IMG/VR virus record: IMGVR_UViG_3300030397_000415
Span: 1-46,096 of that record
From: a virus
Taxonomy: Duplodnaviria > Caudoviricetes
Length of the DNA stretch: 46,096 nucleotides
Direction: 5' to 3' (one strand)
Of this stretch, positions 1-6,532 are shown one piece after another (the stretch's first letter is position 1; each line of letters begins with the position of its first letter). Made by a program: the position numbers and the translations under genes. Below the pieces are notes generated by a model that ran no database searches, had not been told where the DNA came from, and saw only the letters and a list, made by a program, of their open reading frames with translations.

Positions 1-1195
1 ATCCTGGATCTTGAACGAAAATCTTCCGCCAAGTTCCCGCCACTTCCGGATCGCGATCGGGAGAAGGCTGCTGCTGTAGATTGGGATTCCGCGAGGCTAG
101 GCGTCCGAACCGTGCTCCGCCTTCTTCTCCTCCTGACCCTTCCTTCTCGCCACGACACTGAACAAACTCAGTGTGGATCCTTCCGTTGATCTCGTGCTCT
201 CGCATCGAGTCACAGAACTGGCGGATCTTGTTGAACTTCTTCGCTCGGAAGAGCAGAGCCGCGAGCGGATCCTTGAGTTCTTGAAGCCATTCGTTCTTGA
301 TCGAAGGATTACCCTTAGCCGTCTGAGGCAGCTGGTCCCGCGAGATACCAGCGAAGGCGAGAACATCGATCGCAGCATCTTTCTTGTTGGTGTCCTCCCG
401 AGTAAGCTGGATGCCCGTCTTTCTCGTGATCTCCTTGAGAGCTGAAATCTCCTGTGTGATGAAGTATTGCTCGACTTGGTCTAGCCGGTCCAGATCAATC
501 TTCACTCCCCTACGGCGCATCTTGAGGAGGACAGGGAGAAGTCTACATTCTAAGTCCCAAGGTCGGGAGAGCTTCTGCTCTTCGATGTCTCGTTCCTGAT
601 CACGCAGCAGAGGAAGAAGACACTCAGCATCGTATTCAGCATATTGACCAACAAACTCGGCTGGAAGTTGGTGCATCCCTCTTTTGGGATCCAGTCCCAG
701 CTCGTAGGCTGCTCGTTCGAGGAGTGATTCTTCTTTACCTTCGAATCCTCGTCTACGCAGCACGTTATCCAATCCGTAGGAGAATTGAAGCTCGTCGATG
801 AGGGGCTCTGCGACGAGTACATCGAGGTGCTTTGACGGCCGGAACTTGATATCATATTCTTCGCAGTAGTCTAGATCGTAGTGACCATTCGCCAGGACCA
901 GCTCGCCTTTGAAATCGCGAGCCTGATCCTTCATATACTGAAGGACATGCTCAGGATCAAGGTTGCCTGAGGCATGCCCAATAGGGAGATAAGCCGAGAA
1001 TCCGCTCTCCTCGAAAGCGAACGAGAACCCGACCAGCTTGCCCCCTCGCCGCACTCCCGGACCAAGGTCTTTGAGGAAAGGGTCGTTAGTCTCGGTGTCA
1101 AATCCTACTCGACCGTACTTAGGCCACCTCGGTAGCTCGGAAAGCTTAGGAGCCTTCCAATCTGCCTTCGGCATAAACTCGGGGATAGCTACCAT
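1..1195 (-). CDS. DNA polymerase, family A, with N-terminal 3'-5' exonuclease (partial; runs off the left edge)
   Basis: Not in the ORF track because it has no stop in the window. Manual translation from ATG 1195: MVAIPEFMPKADWKAPKLSELPRW..GFDTETNDPFLKDLGPGVRRGG (ExoI DTET), ANGHYDLDY (ExoII), and at the edge GRLASRNPNLQQQP..WRKIF, the PolA GRLSS.NPNLQ motif. Confidence 0.93.
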   Translation of the reverse strand, partial: MVAIPEFMPKADWKAPKLSELPRWPKYGRVGFDTETNDPFLKDLGPGVRRGGKLVGFSFAFEESGFSAYLPIGHASGNLDPEHVLQYMKDQARDFKGELVLANGHYDLDYCEEYDIKFRPSKHLDVLVAEPLIDELQFSYGLDNVLRRRGFEGKEESLLERAAYELGLDPKRGMHQLPAEFVGQYAEYDAECLLPLLRDQERDIEEQKLSRPWDLECRLLPVLLKMRRRGVKIDLDRLDQVEQYFITQEISALKEITRKTGIQLTREDTNKKDAAIDVLAFAGISRDQLPQTAKGNPSIKNEWLQELKDPLAALLFRAKKFNKIRQFCDSMREHEINGRIHTEFVQCRGEKEGSGGEEGGARFGRLASRNPNLQQQPSPDRDPEVAGTWRKIFVQDPG

Positions 1196-1543
1196 CTATT
1201 CAATCACGATGATGTTAATGCCGGCTTTCTTGCAGATAACTGTCATACTAGCTGTGCCTCTACCTCCAGGGAAAGCGATAGCATAATCGGGCTCTCCGAA
1301 ATCTACCATGGCTTGATTCCTACGAGGACCTGCTGGTTTCCCGTGCAGCTTCCACATACTCTTAGTAACTGCGAATGTCATAGGAAAGAGTCCTTGTTCT
1401 TGCGCCCAGAGACGAGCATGTTCGTCGGCTCCTGTCGCGCCTCCCTGAATGATGCAGGTAATGTGATCCTTCCTATCGTTTAGGGCCTTGTAGACCTTGT
1501 CCTTGTCGGGATAATCTCTACCACCAAAGACTAGAACTTTCAT
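1196..1543 (-). CDS. SLOG-superfamily protein (YspA/DUF2493-like)
   Basis: VLVFGGRDY, IIQGGATGAD, AGPRRNQAM, IAFPGGRGT motifs typical of DUF2493/YspA SLOG proteins. Confidence 0.85.
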   Translation of the reverse strand: MKVLVFGGRDYPDKDKVYKALNDRKDHITCIIQGGATGADEHARLWAQEQGLFPMTFAVTKSMWKLHGKPAGPRRNQAMVDFGEPDYAIAFPGGRGTASMTVICKKAGINIIVIE

Positions 1544-1848
1544 TCTTTACCGAATCCTCTAGCCAACATTTCACACTCTACAAGCAACAAATAACGACGC
1601 AAATCTCTGATGTCGTCAATGATGCCCTCCGGTCTTTGGTCTGCATCAATTGCTTCAAAGACATCCCAATGATGGGACTTGCATTGGATCTCCATACGGT
1701 CGAACTTTCTGCAAAGCATGAACCAAGCATTAGCTCCTCCTCGTTTCTTCCAAGAATTGCCGTAGGACTTCTCCGCTTCGACTAGAGCTTCGACGTCTGA
1801 CTCAGCAGTTGCCAAAAGGAACTCTAGATACTTGTTTTCTTCACTCAT
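1540..1848 (-). CDS. Nucleotide-modification-associated domain protein (Nmad1/DUF1599-like, all-alpha NTP pyrophosphatase-like)
   Basis: KSYGNSWKKRG, RKFDR, DDIRDLRRY pattern; lies in the DNA-modification cluster. Confidence 0.65.
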   Translation of the reverse strand: MSEENKYLEFLLATAESDVEALVEAEKSYGNSWKKRGGANAWFMLCRKFDRMEIQCKSHHWDVFEAIDADQRPEGIIDDIRDLRRYLLLVECEMLARGFGKE

Positions 1849-2375
1849 TCCGGGAGGTCGTCGGTGTTGCGGCGGGGATCATACTTGTTGCGGAATTCGG
1901 TGATCTCTTTGGGAAGAGGAACATCACCACTGTCGAAGTACTGCCCAAGCTTAGCAATGACAGGCATCACTCGGTTGTTCCCAAGATCGAGCTGCTCAAC
2001 TGCCCAGATCTCAAGTTCTAAGCAATCGCAGGCTTTGAGCCAGATTCGGTCTTCGTCACTCAATCCTTGATAGAGATCGAGCATGTCGAGGGACTTATAG
2101 ATTTGATCTTCAAGCTCTTCGTACTCTCTCCGTAGGCCAGCGTTGTTGTGCTTAGCGGGGGAGGGGATATCTCCAAGCCATCGCTCCGGAACATCGTGCC
2201 AGAGAGCAGCTTTGATAAGCTCAAAGCTAGGGTCGGGGTGTAGCATCAAGATCAGGTTCGCTAGATTATAGCTGTGCTGAGCGATAGTGCATTCGTTGTG
2301 CTGGTCGAGATTATGTCCTCGCCGAACACTTCCTGCCTCCCGCAGCCACGCTACTTTGCGTTCTTTGCTAGCCAC
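1845..2375 (-). CDS. HD-domain nucleotidase (YfbR-like)
   Basis: TIAQHS..ALWHDVPE..GDIPSPAK..KACDCLE = H...HD...D metal ligands. GTG 2375 preferred over the ORF-track start at 2420, which overlaps the upstream gene further. Confidence 0.85.
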   Translation of the reverse strand: MASKERKVAWLREAGSVRRGHNLDQHNECTIAQHSYNLANLILMLHPDPSFELIKAALWHDVPERWLGDIPSPAKHNNAGLRREYEELEDQIYKSLDMLDLYQGLSDEDRIWLKACDCLELEIWAVEQLDLGNNRVMPVIAKLGQYFDSGDVPLPKEITEFRNKYDPRRNTDDLPE

Positions 2376-3364
2376 TTTGCTTCCCTTCGTTTCATCCATT
2401 GTGTGCATGCTGTTTTCCAATCTTCTGCTTGAATTTCACTGGCTCTTTCGTAGGCCTTTTCGAATCTCTTCTCTTTGAAGAACTCATAAGCCCTGATCAT
2501 CGGCTGTGCAACTTCATGGAAGAAATCGTTCCGACAAATCAGCGCATCGCCTTCCTGTACAAACAACTCTACATCCGCTAGCCAAGTAGCATAGTCACCA
2601 TGAGTCATCAGCTTGTCGATGGGCTCTACCCAAAGGTAGGGATTCGCTCCTCCGGGAGGAGGCACAACAGGTTGTTTGTCCGCCAGAGTGTTCATCAACT
2701 CTTCGTGCGGATCGAGATAGAGATGGGTGTTCATCGAGACCTGATGATACTTGCCCAACTCGAAGCCGCAAGCTTCCGCCATGAACTTGTGGAGGAAACT
2801 GAAGTGAACTGCGTTCGCACCATACGCTCCCCAGATGAGATCATTGGAGCGATTACACACCATCATATTCAACTTGCCGTCTAGCTGCTGAAAGTAGGCG
2901 TGAGTGTTACAGGGGAAGTCCTTACCCTCTTTCCCGAGATCCGTATAAGGAGACCACATAGTCAGAACCTGTCGACGGCATTCAGGATTCTGGCGAAGAG
3001 CTTTGATGATCTTTACAAGCTGGTCTTTCCCAAAATGGATTCGCCAACGATGGCCGTACGCCGCGTGGAAGGTCTCTCCGTTGTCGCTGTAATCTCCGAT
3101 CTTGCTGTTGAATCGCCGAACGAACTCTACATCGTTCCGACCAGCCAGCATCCAGAGCGATTCCATGAAGTGAAAGAAAGGATTGGCATCTCGCTCCGGC
3201 CAGAACACAACATTCTCCATTGGGTTCTGGTAGCTGGTCGCGAGAGGAACCGGCAGCACCAAGACGTCACCGTTCCGAGAACTGTTCCGCACACCCTGAT
3301 TGCGCATCAAGTGGCAAGCATGCGGTAATGCTTCGTGAACGTTACGAACTGAGATTGTGAACAT
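2351..3364 (-). CDS. Thymidylate synthase homolog, probable dUMP hydroxymethylase (5-hmdUMP synthase)
   Basis: SRNG, AYG.RW, RRQVLTMW, DFPCN (catalytic Cys), NRSNDLIWGAYGANAVHFS. Asn at the E. coli N177-equivalent position points to a dUMP substrate; adjacent to an aGPT-PPlase gene. Confidence 0.85.
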   Translation of the reverse strand: MFTISVRNVHEALPHACHLMRNQGVRNSSRNGDVLVLPVPLATSYQNPMENVVFWPERDANPFFHFMESLWMLAGRNDVEFVRRFNSKIGDYSDNGETFHAAYGHRWRIHFGKDQLVKIIKALRQNPECRRQVLTMWSPYTDLGKEGKDFPCNTHAYFQQLDGKLNMMVCNRSNDLIWGAYGANAVHFSFLHKFMAEACGFELGKYHQVSMNTHLYLDPHEELMNTLADKQPVVPPPGGANPYLWVEPIDKLMTHGDYATWLADVELFVQEGDALICRNDFFHEVAQPMIRAYEFFKEKRFEKAYERASEIQAEDWKTACTQWMKRREAKWLAKNAK

Positions 3365-4205
3365 AGTTCCTCTTCAATCGTTGGCCGAGATACTTAGCGC
3401 GGCAATACTTATCAAACTCGCAGAGTGTGTGCTCTACTTCTCTCATCTCCCATTGGCCCCATACTGAGTTAGGCCAATTCTTTTCATCGCGACTGAGTTC
3501 AAGTACGGTCCTCATACGAGCGTTCATCTCAACCTGGTGTTTCTTACTCCCGTGGGATAGTTTACCCGAAAGGTCTCCATCCCATACCCACTCCAGCCCG
3601 CGAGCAGCACCGGGCCCTGCCGAAGCCCAGGTCATGATGTCTGCTGCGGACCGGAGGAGATAAGTGTGGCGGAGGTCGGTCACAACTTCATACGCAATGA
3701 AGGGACCCATACCAGGGAACTGTCTCAACCACTTGTGGCAGTTTTCTAGCGAGGTCGAATCAATTTCGCCTACATTGTAGTGTACCTCATCGATCCAGTT
3801 ACAGAGGCCCGTAACTTTGTCAAATCCGTCGGGGGACCTGATCATGTAGGCACTACTGATAACTGTACCGTTCTCTTCCCAGGCCTTGCGGATCAGAGGC
3901 TCGGCCCTACGACGATCCCAGCCGTGATCGAGCAAGACTTCTTTCATAGCTTCGCCGGTTTCGATCTTATTGAACCAGCGAAATGCTACGGTAGCGGAGA
4001 CAACCTTGATAGATCCGTCCAAGGGTCGCCGAATGTTCTCACGAAACCATTGGGTAGTTCGGTCGTCTTCTCGGAAGATGTTACAGAAGCGATACTGCTG
4101 GAGAACCGGATCTCTAGTCCAAGGCTTTCTCTCGCCGTAGTCACGGTTCACGAGAATGTCCTGCCGCTCGCGAGCATACCAAAAGAATTCGTCAATCTTC
4201 TTCAT
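3342..4205 (-). CDS. aGPT-PPlase clade 1 (amino acid:DNA transferase, HhH-glycosylase-like fold)
   Basis: ERQ..PWTRDPVLQQYRFCNIFREDDR, FRWFN, PGMGPFIAYEVVTDL, GPGAARGL, EVEHTLCEFDKY. ATG 4205 overlaps the upstream stop (ATGA). Confidence 0.88.
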   Translation of the reverse strand: MKKIDEFFWYARERQDILVNRDYGERKPWTRDPVLQQYRFCNIFREDDRTTQWFRENIRRPLDGSIKVVSATVAFRWFNKIETGEAMKEVLLDHGWDRRRAEPLIRKAWEENGTVISSAYMIRSPDGFDKVTGLCNWIDEVHYNVGEIDSTSLENCHKWLRQFPGMGPFIAYEVVTDLRHTYLLRSAADIMTWASAGPGAARGLEWVWDGDLSGKLSHGSKKHQVEMNARMRTVLELSRDEKNWPNSVWGQWEMREVEHTLCEFDKYCRAKYLGQRLKRNYVHNLSS

Positions 4206-4591
4206 TGCGCGAACTCCATACAAGGAAAGCCTACAGGAACTTCTTCGCCACCATAAGTGGTGACTCCTTTCTGAACGAAGAGAGGCATCATGGCGTGCTC
4301 GATCGACCCAATGAAGATACAGCCTTTACCTCGGTCTTTCTCTCCGATGAGAGCAACTCCTGTGTCTCGCTTCATGAGTTGCTGCTGCTCACGATCCATA
4401 GCGTGATATACACCAACGCAAGTATAGCCCCATACAGAAGATATCTCAGACCAGTCCACACCGATGTCGAGGAACTCTTGGGCTGTTTGTACATGGCCGC
4501 AATTCGGGCAGACAAACTTCCATTTTCTTTGGTTGTCTCCGAAGAGCTTCTTCCCCAACGTTTTCCATTCTTCATGCTGAATGATCTTCAT
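4202..4591 (-). CDS. VVA0879-family-like zinc-binding protein
   Basis: W..GKKLFG...WKFVCPNCGHVQT..EF, later C.G and GC.F motifs. Confidence 0.65.
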   Translation of the reverse strand: MKIIQHEEWKTLGKKLFGDNQRKWKFVCPNCGHVQTAQEFLDIGVDWSEISSVWGYTCVGVYHAMDREQQQLMKRDTGVALIGEKDRGKGCIFIGSIEHAMMPLFVQKGVTTYGGEEVPVGFPCMEFAQ

Positions 4592-4718
4592 TACTCAACC
4601 CTCCTCGTAGACCCGAAATAAAGCATCCGATCATCTCCCCGACGGCTCTCCCTACGAGGTAGAAAGGACCAAACACCAGGAGATAGAGTACTGCCCCAAC
4701 AAGACTAAGAACACGCAT
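4572..4718 (-). CDS. Small membrane protein
   Basis: ATG 4718: MRVLSLVGAVLYLLVFGPFYLVG.., one hydrophobic segment; fills the gap between neighbours. Confidence 0.4.
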   Translation of the reverse strand: MRVLSLVGAVLYLLVFGPFYLVGRAVGEMIGCFISGLRGGLSNEDHSA

Positions 4719-5154
4719 AGCAACAGTGCCAGGGCTCGCCTTTTGGCTTCCACTCGATGAACCAGGAATCCTTCTTTGGGTTTTTGACACTCGCAATGAA
4801 TTCTACCTCCCGTGAAGACGCCAAAATGTGCTCAATGAATTTGGTAGTGACAGACATTGGCACCCCAAGACTGGTCAGCTCGTTGCGGATCGAAGGGGCT
4901 TGTCCTGATGCTAGATCGGAATTAGTGGTGATCGCTGCACCAAAATGCTGACCAATCTCGTTCGCGAAGAAAGTCATACAGTAATCACCGATGCGAATGG
5001 AACAGCGATGATCGGTAGCATATGCTCCGTGTAGATCCTTCTTCGTCAGATTGTTCATGATCTCCAGCATCGCCTCTTTTTCGTTAGAGGCAGTGGCGGG
5101 AATGAACGTGTTCCCAAAGGGGCTACTGACGATCGCTGTGTACTGCTGAACCAT
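4705..5154 (-). CDS. Hypothetical protein, Cys-rich C-terminus (WHCCYACS)
   Basis: 149-aa ORF co-oriented with and overlapping the glycosyltransferase gene. Confidence 0.6.
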   Translation of the reverse strand: MVQQYTAIVSSPFGNTFIPATASNEKEAMLEIMNNLTKKDLHGAYATDHRCSIRIGDYCMTFFANEIGQHFGAAITTNSDLASGQAPSIRNELTSLGVPMSVTTKFIEHILASSREVEFIASVKNPKKDSWFIEWKPKGEPWHCCYACS

Positions 5155-5893
5155 ATGCTTTTTTCCAAGAGATGCGCACGTCGGTACGCTTGCCGAATTT
5201 GCCTTTGTCGTTCTTCTCTACCACTCGCACGAGACCAGGATGGAGCTCGGCGAGCCTGAGGGCTGCCGCTCTCTGGACTTCGCCCGTTCGGTAGGTACTA
5301 CAACCCCCAGGGTCTTGTGTGCCCGGCTGTCCTTGGGCCCACTTAGTGAACATGAAGTTAGGGAGTCCTGCTCGAAGGAGTTGAAGTTGAATGTCGAAGT
5401 CTTCCATCACTTCAACCCTATCATACTCAAGGGTGTCAGGAAAGAGCTTAGTATTGTAGCAAAGCATTCGTAGAAGACGACAGTTGACTTGCATCTCATC
5501 CGGTAGGCGATTGTTACCTTCACGAGCAGACACTCCTCCATGGGCATACCTGTTGAGATCCATCCAGATTAGATCGAACAGTTGATGAGTTTGTTCTGGA
5601 GTCGCATACTTGAGATGCCAATCTCCTGGAACGTTCCGATAATAGAAACGGAGATCGTCATCGAGCATGATGACTTTACCAGGAAACGACTCAAGAATCC
5701 ACCGACGGACTTTCGCAATTCCCTTCATACCTTCAGGGACCGTAAGGATCCGAGTGTCCGGGTTATGTTGCCGATACTCTTCTTCCTCCTCGGGATTTAC
5801 TACGAGAATCCCCCAAGGGCAGAACTTGGGAATAGTGATCTGGCGATCCGCGCGGGACAGCGACGGCACGAAGGTTCTATCTAGGTAGCTCAT
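5123..5893 (-). CDS. GT-A fold DNA glycosyltransferase, TAGT / GREB1 / base-J glucosyltransferase-like
   Basis: VPSLSRA, GIAKVRRWI, IMLDDD (DxD), VMEDFD, PGGCSTYR, HPGLV, ISWKKA. ATG 5893 chosen as the start. Confidence 0.8.
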   Translation of the reverse strand: MSYLDRTFVPSLSRADRQITIPKFCPWGILVVNPEEEEEYRQHNPDTRILTVPEGMKGIAKVRRWILESFPGKVIMLDDDLRFYYRNVPGDWHLKYATPEQTHQLFDLIWMDLNRYAHGGVSAREGNNRLPDEMQVNCRLLRMLCYNTKLFPDTLEYDRVEVMEDFDIQLQLLRAGLPNFMFTKWAQGQPGTQDPGGCSTYRTGEVQRAAALRLAELHPGLVRVVEKNDKGKFGKRTDVRISWKKAYGSAVHSDRQ

Positions 5894-5895
5894 GA

Positions 5896-5934
5896 TAAAA
5901 GTGACCGGTGAGCCGCTCGCATGACTCACCGGTC
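5896..5934 (-). terminator. Intrinsic-terminator-like hairpin
   Basis: GACCGGTGAG (5903-5912) / CTCACCGGTC (5925-5934) perfect 10-bp inverted repeat followed on the minus strand by ACTTTTAT. Confidence 0.55.
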
Positions 5935-5962
5935 GAGGGGGTCAACAACCCAAGGAGGTGCT

Positions 5963-6496
5963 CTAGTTACTCAGAGTAGGCTGGAAGCGAAGACTATAGT
6001 CGCCAACAGTAGCACGGAAGCGGGTGTAAAGTTCCTTCCAGAACTCACTACCCCGAGCGTGGCCATGAAAGTCACACAGCTTTTCGCAGAATCGGCGAGT
6101 TTCCGCAGACTCTCTATGGTTAGACCCTACGACGATGTTATGAAGCATCGAGGCAGGTGCCTGAATGGAGAGGTGGATATCTTGGAAAGAGTTCGAGAAC
6201 TCGACCGCACAGTCCTTAAGGGACCGGCCCTCCAAGGCTCGTACGACGAGAAGACTTTTCTCAGTAGAATTCCACCTTTTAGCCTTACCGATAGGTCGGC
6301 GACGACGTCCAGATTTGCGAGGCGGGGTCTTTTCGACACGAGTTCCAGTAGGAACTTGGACGATACCCTTAGCTTCCACAACAGGAGCCTCTGTAACGAA
6401 GTTGATCGTCACAGTCTGAACTCCTGAAGGGACATTGATTTTCAAGTCAGTTTGATCATTCATTGGATTCCTCATTTGATTGTTGATCGTGTACAT
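5963..6496 (-). CDS. Hypothetical protein, possible HTH/Myb-like DNA-binding protein
   Basis: Basic patch RKSGRRRRP followed by RWNSTEKSLL..EGRSLKDCA, resembling a helix-turn-helix start. Confidence 0.5.
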   Translation of the reverse strand: MYTINNQMRNPMNDQTDLKINVPSGVQTVTINFVTEAPVVEAKGIVQVPTGTRVEKTPPRKSGRRRRPIGKAKRWNSTEKSLLVVRALEGRSLKDCAVEFSNSFQDIHLSIQAPASMLHNIVVGSNHRESAETRRFCEKLCDFHGHARGSEFWKELYTRFRATVGDYSLRFQPTLSN

Positions 6497-6532
6497 TCAA
6501 TCTAGCCTATCAAATGAGCAAGGCACTGACTT

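Noticed and set aside
2351-3364. dCMP hydroxymethylase (hmC plus glycosylation, T4-like)
   Set aside because: The specificity position is Asn, not Asp, and the neighbour is an aGPT-PPlase associated with hmU pathways; not fully excluded without an alignment.
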